NCBI GenBank assembly: GCA_963801165.1
Contig: CAWDDT010000004.1
Coordinates: 1 to 64,000 of the forward strand
Length of the DNA stretch: 64,000 bases
Direction: 5' to 3'
Source of the DNA: an uncultured bacterium
GTDB lineage: Bacteria > Actinomycetota > Acidimicrobiia > Spongiisociales > UBA5794
In this document: positions 8,236 to 17,688 of the stretch, piece by piece
How the letters are laid out: every line of letters starts with the position of its first letter
Position numbering within the stretch: the first letter of the stretch is position 1
Position numbers and translations under genes: made by a program
The notes under the pieces: model-generated
The model's database searches: none
Seen by the model: only the letters and a program-made list of their open reading frames with translations
What the model was told of the DNA's origin: nothing

Positions 8236-8642
8236 CGGAGCACAAGGGTTGGACGTCGACCGATCGAGATCGACGAAGCCAGACGATGACCGTGGTCTGG
8301 TCTCTGATCTGGGCCGGTGGGTTTCTCTTGGCCAACACCGCAATCAAGAAGGAATGGATCACCGGTGACGCCGGTGTGGTTGCAGCAACCGTACTTGTGG
8401 TGTTTCTCGGGATTGGCTGGGTATATGCATATGTGAGGTATCTCAGGCACGCCGATGAGCTTGTCCGCAAGGTCCAGCTCGAGGCGATGGCCGTTGCGCT
8501 CAGTGTCGGGTTTCTGGTTGGTTTTGCCTCGCTCCTGCTGGAAAGCGGCGGAATTCTCGAAGCCCGTCCAAGCTCGATGGTGCTGGCGATGATTGCCGGC
8601 TACATCGCTGCCACACTCGTCGGCCACCGACGGTATTCGTGA
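8232..8642 (+). CDS. 4-TM membrane protein of the type found beside XRE repressors
   Basis: DELVRKVQLEAMA motif between TM pairs; C-terminal RRY. Confidence 0.75.
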   Translation: MTEHKGWTSTDRDRRSQTMTVVWSLIWAGGFLLANTAIKKEWITGDAGVVAATVLVVFLGIGWVYAYVRYLRHADELVRKVQLEAMAVALSVGFLVGFASLLLESGGILEARPSSMVLAMIAGYIAATLVGHRRYS

Positions 8643-8649
8643 GGCTCCC

Positions 8650-8841
8650 GTGAGGAACAGAATCAGGGTTCTCCGGGCCGAACGCAACTGGACTCAGGCC
8701 GAGCTGGCGAAGCGAGCTGCGGTCTCCCGGCAGACAGTCAACGCCATCGAGACCGGTAGGTTCGACCCGAGTCTTCCGCTTGCCTTTACGCTGTCCCGTC
8801 TGTTTGGACAGCCCATAGAAGAGATCTTCGATCCCGAGTAG
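8650..8841 (+). CDS. XRE/Cro-type HTH transcriptional regulator
   Basis: MRNRIRVLRAERNWTQAELA...VSRQTVNAIETGRFDPSLPLAF...IEEIF. GTG at 8650. Confidence 0.92.
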   Translation: MRNRIRVLRAERNWTQAELAKRAAVSRQTVNAIETGRFDPSLPLAFTLSRLFGQPIEEIFDPE

Positions 8842-8862
8842 GAGGCGCTGGATCTTCGGTCT

Positions 8863-9396
8863 TCAATCGAGCTCGTCGAGGGTCATGAGCGGGACCGCCG
8901 GAGCATTGTCACCGAGCGCAAGCTCCCACCAGCCGACATCGCGCCAGTGTCCGTGTTTCCACCCGACGTTGTGGTAGACGCCAACCGGTACGAACCCCAT
9001 CGCCTCGTGGAAGCCGACGCTGGCCGGGTTGGGCAGCGTTATACCTGCATACGCCATCCGGTATCCCTGCCGGTCGAGCAGATCGAAAAGCGTCTGGTAC
9101 AGCCGGCGCGCCACACCGCGCCGGCGCGCAGTCTCTGCGACGTACACCGATACCTCGGTGGACCATGCGTATGCGGCCCGTTCCCGATGCGCCCCGGCGT
9201 AGGCATAGCCGATGACGCTGTCGTTCTCGTCTGCGACCAACCACGGATACCGGGGGAGTCTGGCTTCGATCCGTGTCGCCATCTGCGCGCCGTCGGGAGG
9301 ATCCGTCTCGAAGGAAATCGTTGAGTCCGTCACGAACGGGGCGTAGATGGCGGCTATGGCATCCGCGTCGTCTGTGGTCGCCAGGCGGATCTGCAT
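8863..9396 (-). CDS. GNAT N-acetyltransferase (phosphinothricin/ArsN-like family)
   Basis: STISFETDPP, GYAYAG, EVSVYV, AGITLPNPASVGFHEAMGF, VGWKHGHWRDVGWW. Confidence 0.9.
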   Translation of the reverse strand: MQIRLATTDDADAIAAIYAPFVTDSTISFETDPPDGAQMATRIEARLPRYPWLVADENDSVIGYAYAGAHRERAAYAWSTEVSVYVAETARRRGVARRLYQTLFDLLDRQGYRMAYAGITLPNPASVGFHEAMGFVPVGVYHNVGWKHGHWRDVGWWELALGDNAPAVPLMTLDELD

Positions 9397-9460
9397 TGCG
9401 CAACACTAGGCGGCGCCCGGTCCGGCGGCGACGGCAGCGATGCCGACCGGCGAGTTGACC

Positions 9461-9507
9461 TTGACTCGCCTGCACCCGTGTGGCATTCTGAACAAACTGT
9501 ATAGACA
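9461..9507 (+). promoter_or_regulatory. Promoter TTGACT-N17-CATTCT with a HutC/GntR-type operator TGTATAGACA
   Basis: TTGACT 9461-9466, CATTCT 9484-9489, TGTATAGACA 9498-9507. A GntR-UTRA gene ends the downstream operon. Confidence 0.6.
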
Positions 9508-9546
9508 ACTCCTTTCTATATGTATAGGTCGCGGAGGGAGCAACAC

Positions 9547-10353
9547 ATGACCCTGAGTCAGCTTGCCGGCCGCTGGATCGCTGCCGCACAGCAGACGCTG
9601 CAACTCATCGAGAAGAGCCAGATGGAAGAGATCAGTCTGGCGGCCGAGATGTGCGCCGAGGCGATCGCGGCGGACGGCCTCGCCCACCTCTTCGGAACCG
9701 GGCATTCCCGGATCCCGCTCGAGGAGATGTTCCCCCGCTACGGGTCCTACCCGGGCTTTCACCCCATCGCCGAGCTGTCGATGACATTCCACACCCAGGT
9801 CGTCGGTGCCAACGGCCAGCGCCAGGCGATGTTCATCGAGCGGGTTCCCGGTCTGGCCGAGGCGATCCTCGCCAACTTCACGTTTGGCCCGCACGACGTA
9901 ATGCTTGTGTTCTCTTCGTCGGGGACCACAGCCGTCCCGATCGAGATGGCGATGGGTGCCAGGGCTCGTGGGCTGCGGGTTGTCGCGATCACCGCGGTGG
10001 AGCACTCCATGTCGAGTGCGGTGCAGCACGCGACCGGAACCCGTCTCCTCGACCACGCAGATGTGGTGATCGACCTCTGTCTTCCCCCCGGGGACGCTGC
10101 CGTTCGCATCGACGGCGTCGACACGCCGGTCGGCCCGGTGTCGACCGTCGCCAATGTCGCGATCGTCAATGAGATCAAGGTCCAGACGGCCGGGATGCTC
10201 GCCGCCCGCGGGCTCCTTCCCCCGGTGATCACCAGTGCTTCGCTAATCGGCGCCGAAAGGTCGGCGGACCTCTTCGATCGCGCCTACGCCGAGTACAGCC
10301 GCCGTATCGCCCGCACGCTCAACAAGATGCCATCCTCGGAAACCAGGGCGTGA
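9547..10353 (+). CDS. SIS (sugar isomerase) domain protein
   Basis: HLFGTGHSRIPLEEMFPR, VFSSSG, VVAIT, GPVST. SD GGAGGGAG. Confidence 0.85.
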   Translation: MTLSQLAGRWIAAAQQTLQLIEKSQMEEISLAAEMCAEAIAADGLAHLFGTGHSRIPLEEMFPRYGSYPGFHPIAELSMTFHTQVVGANGQRQAMFIERVPGLAEAILANFTFGPHDVMLVFSSSGTTAVPIEMAMGARARGLRVVAITAVEHSMSSAVQHATGTRLLDHADVVIDLCLPPGDAAVRIDGVDTPVGPVSTVANVAIVNEIKVQTAGMLAARGLLPPVITSASLIGAERSADLFDRAYAEYSRRIARTLNKMPSSETRA

Positions 10354-11639
10354 GCGGGATGACGACATACACCGTACAGCTCAGCGACCGCCTAACCAGT
10401 GACGTGCTCGTTGTCGGCAGTGGATCGGCGGGTGCAGTCGCCGCCATCGCCGCGGCACGGCAGGGAGCCTCGGTGACGCTCGTCGAGCGCTACGGCTTCA
10501 TGGGCGGCATCAGCACCCAGGTTCTCGACACGTTCTACGGTTTCTACATCCCCGGGCCGAAGGCGACCAAGGTGGTCGGCGGCATCCCCGACGAGGTCGC
10601 CCGCAGCCTGCTCGACAACGGGCATGCACTGCTCCGGCCCAACACCTACGGGGCGGGGCAGGGGATCACGTACAACCCGGAGATGCTCAAGGTCGTCTGG
10701 GAGGACATGGCCGTCGGCGCCGGCGTGCGGCTGCTCCTTCACACCCTCGTCGTTGACACGATCGTCAACGACGATGTCTTGCGCGGTGTCATCGCAGCGA
10801 CCAAACACGGCATCATCTCGATCGAGGCTCCGGTCATCATCGATGCTTCCGGAGACGCTGATGTCGCCGCGTCTAGTGGGGTTCCGTTCGAGAGTGCCCG
10901 GGATCAGCCGGTCCAGTCGCTCACCACGACCTTTCGTCTGGCGAACGTCGACACCGATCGGGCTGTCGGCAAACAGCGGCTCCACGAGCTCATGGGCGAA
11001 GCGGCCGGGGAATACGAATTGCCGCGGCGGGAGGGCAGCGTCCACATCACACCGCTGGCAGGGGTGATGGCGACCAACCTGACCCGTGTTGCCGGCGTCG
11101 ATCCCACCGACCCGGTGGAGCTGTCCCGCGCCGAGGTTGAGGGCAGGCGCCAGGCCGTCGAGTACACCCGCTTCCTGCGTGATCGGGTACGCGGCTACGA
11201 AAGCGCGGACATCGTGGCCCTCAGCACCCAGATCGGTGTGCGTGAGAGCAGACGTATCTTTGGCGAGTACCGGCTGACGCGCGACGACGTGCTGGCTGCC
11301 CGCGACTTCGATGACTCCATTGCCAGGTGTGGTGCACCCATCGAGGAGCATCACTCCGGCGGTGACACTAGATGGGAGTACCTGCCGGACGGGGCCACCT
11401 ATGGCATCCCTTATCGCTGCATCGTGCCTCGTGACGTCGACGGTCTGCTCGTTGCCGGTCGGTGTCTTTCCGCCGATCACGATGCCCACGCGTCGGTGCG
11501 GAGCATGGGCCAATGCATGGCGGTCGGGCAGGCCGCCGGCGTTGCCGCCGCGTTGGCCGTCGCCGGGCGCACTTCTCCTCGAGATGTCCCGGTGCCGGTG
11601 TTGCAGCAGCAGCTTCGAGCAATGGGAGGTGTCGTTTGA
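10350..11639 (+). CDS. FAD-dependent oxidoreductase
   Basis: DVLVVGSGSAGAVAAIAAAR, IDASGDAD, IGVRESRRI, YGIPYRC, LLVAGRCLS, RSMGQCMAVGQAAG. Confidence 0.9.
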   Translation: MSGMTTYTVQLSDRLTSDVLVVGSGSAGAVAAIAAARQGASVTLVERYGFMGGISTQVLDTFYGFYIPGPKATKVVGGIPDEVARSLLDNGHALLRPNTYGAGQGITYNPEMLKVVWEDMAVGAGVRLLLHTLVVDTIVNDDVLRGVIAATKHGIISIEAPVIIDASGDADVAASSGVPFESARDQPVQSLTTTFRLANVDTDRAVGKQRLHELMGEAAGEYELPRREGSVHITPLAGVMATNLTRVAGVDPTDPVELSRAEVEGRRQAVEYTRFLRDRVRGYESADIVALSTQIGVRESRRIFGEYRLTRDDVLAARDFDDSIARCGAPIEEHHSGGDTRWEYLPDGATYGIPYRCIVPRDVDGLLVAGRCLSADHDAHASVRSMGQCMAVGQAAGVAAALAVAGRTSPRDVPVPVLQQQLRAMGGVV

Positions 11640-12607
11640 CCGCCACGGTCCGCACCGTGCTCGGCGACGTGGCACCGGTGAGCCTCGGTGTTGTCTACAT
11701 CCACGAGCACCTGATCCTCGACAATCCGCTGATCGCCCGGGAGTACCCGCACATCTGTCTTCCTTCGGTGGACGACGCGGTGTCAGAGCTGGCGCCGTGT
11801 GCGGCCGCGGGGGTTGGCGCCATGGTCGACGCCATGCCGGCTGCCGGGGGCCGCCACCCGGACCGGCTCGCTGAGATCAGCCGCCGCGCCGGGATTGCGA
11901 TAATCGCCACCACAGGGCTGCACACCCCCAAGTACTACCCACACCATCGCTGGGCGCTCGAAGCGTCGGTCGATGATCTCACCGACCTGTTCGTTGCGGA
12001 CATCGAGGAGGGTATCGACCGCTTCGACTACACCGGCCCTGTTGTCGAGCGCACGCCGCATCGCGCCGGCATCGTCAAAGTCGCCACGCCGGGTGCGCAG
12101 CTGACGGACCGGGACCGACGGGTGTTCGCCGCTGCGGTCGCATCATGCCTGCAGACGGGGGCGCCGCTCCTCACCCACTGCGAGGACGGGCTCGGGGCGA
12201 TGGAGCAGGTGGTCGAGTTGGAGCGGCTGCGCATGCCGCTCCACCGGGTTGTGCTGTCGCACACCGACAAGGTGGCCGACCGCGGCTATCACCGGGACCT
12301 CTTCCAGACCGGCGTCAACCTCGAATACGACCAGGCACTACGCCACGACCCGTCCGGGCCCGACGGAACGGCTGCCCTGGTGGCAGAAGCGGTGAGCGAA
12401 GGTCACGTCGGGCAGTTGATGCTCGGTAGCGACGGTGCTCGCCGCAGCTTGTGGACCACATATGGAGGCGGCCCCGGGCTGGCATGGCTCTACACAGGCT
12501 TCAGGGAGGCGCTCGTGGAGCGGGGCATCGGCGCCGACCAGCTCGAGATGATGTTCGTCACCAACCCGCAGAGGTTTCTCACCCTCGCCGACCCGCCCGT
12601 GCGCTGA
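11636..12607 (+). CDS. Phosphotriesterase-family (Php-like) amidohydrolase/lactonase
   Basis: VRTVLG, HEHL, GIVKVA, LTHCE, LSHTD, LGSD, MMFVTNPQRFL. TTG overlaps the upstream stop. Confidence 0.88.
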   Translation: MTATVRTVLGDVAPVSLGVVYIHEHLILDNPLIAREYPHICLPSVDDAVSELAPCAAAGVGAMVDAMPAAGGRHPDRLAEISRRAGIAIIATTGLHTPKYYPHHRWALEASVDDLTDLFVADIEEGIDRFDYTGPVVERTPHRAGIVKVATPGAQLTDRDRRVFAAAVASCLQTGAPLLTHCEDGLGAMEQVVELERLRMPLHRVVLSHTDKVADRGYHRDLFQTGVNLEYDQALRHDPSGPDGTAALVAEAVSEGHVGQLMLGSDGARRSLWTTYGGGPGLAWLYTGFREALVERGIGADQLEMMFVTNPQRFLTLADPPVR

Positions 12608-13524
12608 TGGCGGAGTTCTGGTTCATCGGGGTCACCACCGCCGGGTCGTTCTCGAAGGTCTGTTTTCCGAGATGGGCGGAGGCGCTCGGTCGCCCCGAGG
12701 TGCGGCTGGTCGGTGTAGACGTTGAGATCCATGCCCCGCCGGACCGGTACCGGAGCCTGGTCGAGAGCCTCCTTGCCGACCCGGAGGTGCTGGGCGGGCT
12801 CGTGACCACCCACAAGATCGACCTGCTGGCCGCGTGCCGTGACCTGTTCGACGACCTCGGCCCGCACGCCCGGCTGCTCGGTGAGGTGTCGAGCATCGCC
12901 AAAGACGACGGACGGTTGGTGGGCCGGGCCACAGACCCGGGCGCCGGAGGGGACAGCCTCGATCTGTTGCTCGGCCCCGACTACTTCGGGCGGACCGGGG
13001 GGCATGTCCTCATGCTCGGCGCCGGTGGTGCGGCCGCCGCGTTGACCTCCTACCTCGTGAGCATGCCCGACCGCCCCGAGCGCGTCACCGTGGTTAATCG
13101 CTCGGTCGGGCGGCTCGACCGGCTTGCGGAGTTGATCGCCCCCTTCGACACAGACATCGAACTCGAATTCGTGCAGAATGCAGACCCAACCGAGAACGAC
13201 CGAATCATGGCCGGGCTACCCGACGGCAGCGTGGTGATCAACGCCACCGGGATGGGCAAGGACACCCCCGGCTCACCCGTCACGGACGATGCCGTGTTTC
13301 CTCGCCGCGGCGTGGCGTGGGACCTCAACTACCGCGGTGAGCTCGGGTTCCTCCGCCAGGCCCACGCCCAACACCGCACGCGTGAGCTGGCGGTGGCGGA
13401 CGGCTGGGACTACTTCGTACGGGGCTGGACCATCGTCATGTCCCACGTGCTCCACGTCGCTATAGACGAGTCACGGGCGATTGAGCTGTCGCGGCTCGCC
13501 GCCGAGGTGCGGGGGACGAGATGA
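12607..13524 (+). CDS. Shikimate dehydrogenase-like oxidoreductase
   Basis: LVTTHK, LGAGGAA, VVNRS, INATGMG, WDLNY, DGWDYF. Confidence 0.8.
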   Translation: MAEFWFIGVTTAGSFSKVCFPRWAEALGRPEVRLVGVDVEIHAPPDRYRSLVESLLADPEVLGGLVTTHKIDLLAACRDLFDDLGPHARLLGEVSSIAKDDGRLVGRATDPGAGGDSLDLLLGPDYFGRTGGHVLMLGAGGAAAALTSYLVSMPDRPERVTVVNRSVGRLDRLAELIAPFDTDIELEFVQNADPTENDRIMAGLPDGSVVINATGMGKDTPGSPVTDDAVFPRRGVAWDLNYRGELGFLRQAHAQHRTRELAVADGWDYFVRGWTIVMSHVLHVAIDESRAIELSRLAAEVRGTR

Positions 13525-13567
13525 GCCTCGTGCGGTGGGAGGCCGTTACGATCGGGCGTGACACGAC

Positions 13568-14293
13568 GTGCGAGGCGGAATCCTGAAACACCGGTACCAC
13601 GAGATCGAGCAGTGGCTGCGAGAGCGGTTGGCCGAGCTGTCCCCGGGTGACCGGATCCCGTCCGAAGCAGAACTGGCCGACCGGTTCGGCGTCAGCCGGA
13701 TGACGGCCCGCCAGGCCGTGCAGAACCTGTCGGCTGAGGGTCTGGTCAGGCGCCGTCCTGGATCGGGTACCTTCGCCACCGCGCCGCCGCTGCACCGGCA
13801 GGCGGGCCCTCTGCTCAACTTCAGCGCCGACATGCGCCGCCGCGGGAAGAACCCGTCATCGCACCTGCTCGAAGCCGGGTTGCGTGAGGCGACCGCAGAC
13901 GAGGCTGATGGTCTCGGGTTGCGCGACGGTGAACGGCTGGTTGCCATCTCCCGCGTGCGCTTGGCCGACAACACGCCGATCGCCATCGAGCATGCCACCC
14001 TCCCCGTCGAGTGCGCCGGCGTTCTGGCAGGAGACCTCGAGCACGGGTCATTGCACGAGGCGCTAACCGCGCTCGGCCGCCGTCCCCGGACCGCACAGAG
14101 TGCGATCAGCGCCAGGACCCCGACCGGCGAGGAGGCCAAGCTCCTCGACATCGATGTGCGCAGCCCGCTGCTGGTCGAGCGCCGCCGTATCCAGGACGAC
14201 GAGGGAGAACCTCTCGAGTACACCGAGACGATCTACGCCGCCGAGCGTTACGTCATCGACGCCAGCTTCGCCTGGGCGCCCAACAACGGTTGA
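13568..14293 (+). CDS. GntR family regulator, HutC/UTRA subfamily
   Basis: IPSEAELADRFGVSRMTARQAV, GSGTF, UTRA-like C-terminus. Confidence 0.92.
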   Translation: MRGGILKHRYHEIEQWLRERLAELSPGDRIPSEAELADRFGVSRMTARQAVQNLSAEGLVRRRPGSGTFATAPPLHRQAGPLLNFSADMRRRGKNPSSHLLEAGLREATADEADGLGLRDGERLVAISRVRLADNTPIAIEHATLPVECAGVLAGDLEHGSLHEALTALGRRPRTAQSAISARTPTGEEAKLLDIDVRSPLLVERRRIQDDEGEPLEYTETIYAAERYVIDASFAWAPNNG

Positions 14294-14305
14294 CCCACAA
14301 ACGCA

Positions 14306-14336
14306 GACGGCGAGCGGAGTGTCTCCGCTCGCCGTC
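14306..14336. terminator. Hairpin between convergent genes (probable terminator)
   Basis: Perfect 14-bp stem GACGGCGAGCGGAG-tgt-CTCCGCTCGCCGTC. Confidence 0.75.
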
Positions 14337-14352
14337 CCGTCGTGGCCCCGGC

Positions 14353-14865
14353 CTAGATGCCGGTCGCTGCGAACCAGGCGCCACCCGGGCTGGTGACGAA
14401 CACGATGGGCGCAATGCAGGGTGAGGGCAGTGAGACCTTGTCCTTGATATGCGAGTTGCCGTCCCCGCTCGCCGGGAAGAGCGCGGTTGAGACGTTGACC
14501 GTGATCGCGTCCCCTTCGCTGTCGGTGCTCAGGCAGCTGACAATGGCTTTGAAGCTCGGGACCGTGTTTGTGCCGCCGATACCCAGGTCGATCACAGCCT
14601 GATCATCCGGATCAAAGACGAGGCCCATGACCAGTACGTCCACCTTGCCGTTCGGGCTCACCTTTGCCTTGCCAAAGTCGATGACCCACGGGAGACCGCC
14701 ACCGGGAACGCCACGGACTGCATTGGTCGCACCGGTATATGGGCGCGGCACGCCGACCATGGAGTTTGTCTCGATCAGCTTCGACTCATCTGCACTCAGG
14801 GCCGGCATCGAACCTGCAACCAGGAGTACTGCCAGCATCGCCCCAAGCACGAATCGCTTCTTCAT
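14353..14865 (-). CDS. Secreted hypothetical protein
   Basis: Signal peptide MKKRFVLGAMLAVLLVAGSMPALSA; VRGVPGGGLPW; two Cys; ends WFAATG. Confidence 0.75.
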   Translation of the reverse strand: MKKRFVLGAMLAVLLVAGSMPALSADESKLIETNSMVGVPRPYTGATNAVRGVPGGGLPWVIDFGKAKVSPNGKVDVLVMGLVFDPDDQAVIDLGIGGTNTVPSFKAIVSCLSTDSEGDAITVNVSTALFPASGDGNSHIKDKVSLPSPCIAPIVFVTSPGGAWFAATGI

Positions 14866-14987
14866 CTGTCCATCCCTTCCTCGAGCGGACCGTTCGGCGA
14901 TCAATACGGGTGAGGCGTTGAGACGGTTCCCGTTGAGGTGTACTATTTCGTTGGAACGTTCCACGCTCGATCGAGAGGAGAGGGCTT

Positions 14988-16094
14988 GTGAGCAAGGTCT
15001 TCCAATACGGTGTCTTTGGGGTCGGGCGAATCGGCCGTGTTCATGGGCAGATCGTCAAGGAACAGGGTCACAGGATCGTCGCCGTGGGTGACGAGAATCG
15101 GGACGCTATCGCAGAAGCGGTCCAGGTCCTGGGCGAGCCTGATGTGGCGACGTTCGAAGACCCGGCGGACATGGCCCGGTCGGGGCATCTCGATGCCGTG
15201 ATCATCGCCTCGCACACCAAGGATCACGCCCGGCATGCCCGCCCGTTCGTCGCCGCAAGTATCCCCGTGTATCTCGAAAAGCCGCTCACTTCCGAGTTGC
15301 CCGAGGCGTTTGACTTCGTCGAGGCGATCGGAACCAGCCGGACGCTGGTGCAGATCGGGCTGCAGCGCCGCTTCGATGAGGCGCTGTGCCATGCGAAGAG
15401 CCTTCTCGACAAGGGCCTGGTAGGTGAGATACGCGAGATCCGGTCAATTCTGCGCGACCAGTTCCCGCCGCCGGCGACGTACACGAGCCGCGGTCTGGTC
15501 ATCGACATGGGCATTCACGTCGCCGACGAGGCGATCTGGCTGCTTGGTGAGTACCCCGACGAGGTGTGGGCCCGGGTTTTCGAAGCCAGGCAGTACGAAA
15601 GCCCGATCGACGAGGGCGGTAACACCGCATTCGTCGGATTCACGACACCGAGCGGGACAATCGGCAGGCTCGACATCAGCCGGACACACGCTTCCGGGTA
15701 CAACAACGAGACCTACATCATCGGCACCGAAGGCACGCTGCACGTGGGTCGGTTTGCCGGCTACCCGGGGCCCATCCCGGTGGAGCTGTGGACCAACAAG
15801 GGCACCCGTCACGAGGCGTCAGCGACGTTCGACATGACCACCTTTGTTGGTGACTATGCCGAGTTCCAGCCTCGCTTCCACAGGGCATACGAGCGAGCCC
15901 ACGCCGGCTTCCGCGACGCCGTGGAGGCGGGTACCCCCTTCCGCGTTACCCAGAACGAGGTCATCGACGCACAGGTGTTTGTCGAGGCCGCCCACCTTTC
16001 GGCTCTCGAGGGCGGAGAGGTCCGCCGTTTCTCCCGCTCCGACGACATCACCGAGTACCGGCGCATCTGCACCGAGAACGGGCTTCTCCCGTAG
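14988..16094 (+). CDS. Gfo/Idh/MocA family oxidoreductase (inositol dehydrogenase-like)
   Basis: GVFGVGRIG, YLEKPL, QIGLQRRFD, DMGIH. Confidence 0.9.
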   Translation: MSKVFQYGVFGVGRIGRVHGQIVKEQGHRIVAVGDENRDAIAEAVQVLGEPDVATFEDPADMARSGHLDAVIIASHTKDHARHARPFVAASIPVYLEKPLTSELPEAFDFVEAIGTSRTLVQIGLQRRFDEALCHAKSLLDKGLVGEIREIRSILRDQFPPPATYTSRGLVIDMGIHVADEAIWLLGEYPDEVWARVFEARQYESPIDEGGNTAFVGFTTPSGTIGRLDISRTHASGYNNETYIIGTEGTLHVGRFAGYPGPIPVELWTNKGTRHEASATFDMTTFVGDYAEFQPRFHRAYERAHAGFRDAVEAGTPFRVTQNEVIDAQVFVEAAHLSALEGGEVRRFSRSDDITEYRRICTENGLLP

Positions 16095-16103
16095 CGGCCG
16101 GCG

Positions 16104-17273
16104 TTAGTCGGGAGTTGCCACCGCTATGGCCATGTCGAGGTCGGTGCGGCACGTGGCGTGGAGGAAGCAGGTGCGCTCTCCGATGTCGAGAGTTTTGCGA
16201 GCGAACTCCTCACCTTCGGGCGTAACCAGATAGACATGGGTCTCGACGGGGTCGGCGGCGCCCGGCCCGAAGTGAGTGTCCTGAACGATGCGGTACTCGT
16301 CCAGCCGCCTTTTCGTGATCGATGCGTACCGGCCGAACTGGGTCATGAAGCAGAAGCCGATCCCCGCCGACAGATAGGTCATGGCGTCCGGCGCCCTTCC
16401 CTGCCCGCCCGCCCCGGGAGCTTCTTCGCTGAGGAAACGGAACTCCGAGCCGATGGGGCGGAACAGGTTCTCGTGAATCTCCTTGATCCCGTCGGGTCGC
16501 AGGCGGCAGCGGGCTTGCACGAGAAGGGTTCTGCTTTGGGACTCCTGAAGGCTGGTGTTGATGCCGCCGGGGACCCCCTCGACCTGGTCCGCCGGCTTGA
16601 CCTTGATCATCAGGTCGTTCGCAACCGGAAGCTCGGCGATGGCCACCTCGGAGAAGCGCTGGTCGGGGTCGGCCTCACAATCGCCGCCAAGACCCTGAAC
16701 CTCGCCGACGGGAATCCGGTCGCCGTTCCAGCTCAACGTGAACAGGCTCTGCTTGACGCCACGGAGAAGACCGTTGACAGGGGAGGCGGTCACCGCTTCT
16801 GCGACCAGGTCGTAGAGATCGGTCGCGTCGGCGTCGGCGGCCAGTTGCACGGCCAGCTGAGGCTGCTGGGCGCCGCCGAGCATGGTTCCCTTGAGCGCCG
16901 ATCCCTCCATCGAGTAGTGGTTCCTCAGTGTCAACTCGATATCGTCGATGTCGATACCACGCGCACCGGCCAGTGAGGTGATCGCGTTCATGTACGACGA
17001 GACCATCCCCGTGATGAAGGTACACAGCGGGCAGGGGGCCCGGTCGTAGCCGGCGAGGTAGGGGCCCTCGTCGCTGACCAGCCGCCACGCCCGCCCCGAG
17101 GCGCCGTTGACCACGAACGCTTCCTTCTGCATCCCGGCGAGCGCCCGTACCCAGGTTCGGACCGGGATGCCGTGCCGGTTCTCAGGCGCCGTCAGCCCGA
17201 TCTCTGCTGCGTTGCCAATCGGGAAGAACGGAGGACGGGTGTCGGCTCCGAGGATGTCGTGCAGTTCGCTCAT
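16104..17273 (-). CDS. Protein with two tandem OsmC-like domains
   Basis: SDEGPYLAGYDRAPCP and SEEAPGAGGQGRAPDAMTYLSAGIGFC half-repeats; ERTCFLH. Confidence 0.7.
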   Translation of the reverse strand: MSELHDILGADTRPPFFPIGNAAEIGLTAPENRHGIPVRTWVRALAGMQKEAFVVNGASGRAWRLVSDEGPYLAGYDRAPCPLCTFITGMVSSYMNAITSLAGARGIDIDDIELTLRNHYSMEGSALKGTMLGGAQQPQLAVQLAADADATDLYDLVAEAVTASPVNGLLRGVKQSLFTLSWNGDRIPVGEVQGLGGDCEADPDQRFSEVAIAELPVANDLMIKVKPADQVEGVPGGINTSLQESQSRTLLVQARCRLRPDGIKEIHENLFRPIGSEFRFLSEEAPGAGGQGRAPDAMTYLSAGIGFCFMTQFGRYASITKRRLDEYRIVQDTHFGPGAADPVETHVYLVTPEGEEFARKTLDIGERTCFLHATCRTDLDMAIAVATPD

Positions 17274-17434
17274 GGGTATCCGGGTTGGTCGTTCGAGCCG
17301 GAAGTCTACGGTCCGAGGAGGCCGCTTGTCGCTCGCCCGCGATGAGACGCCACCCTGAATCCGGGGACGGGTAGCTTCCTTTGGCTTAGGCTCTTCTGTG
17401 ACAAGACGTAGTCAACCAGGCATTGGGGTCCATC

Positions 17435-17590
17435 GTGGATAGCGATCGAGAGCAGGCGGAGCAGTACGAGCGCGAGCGAAAAGAAGCACACGCACGGGAC
17501 GAGCGAGAGCGCAAGGCGTCGCATGAACGCGCCAACGTAGAACGGAAAGAGGAGCACGAGAAACACGCCCGTGAGGAGCGAGAGAAGTAG
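17435..17590 (+). CDS. Small (51 aa) highly charged helical protein with 11-residue repeats; not in the ORF track
   Basis: GTG...TAG gives MDSDREQAEQYERERKEAHARDERERKASHERANVERKEEHEKHAREEREK; GGGGT just upstream. Confidence 0.65.
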   Translation: MDSDREQAEQYERERKEAHARDERERKASHERANVERKEEHEKHAREEREK

Positions 17591-17688
17591 CGCTGGCGGC
17601 GCGTCCACGGGCCCGTTCCGAGTGAGTTCCGCTGCGGGCATTTGCGCCGGTTCGTGGCTTTGAGGGCGGTTGCCGCCGGTCGCGGTTT

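Noticed and set aside
17306-17688. Hydrophobic C-terminal 'membrane anchor' on the DUF222-HNH protein
   Set aside because: Explained by a +1 frameshift and antisense reading of the charged small ORF.
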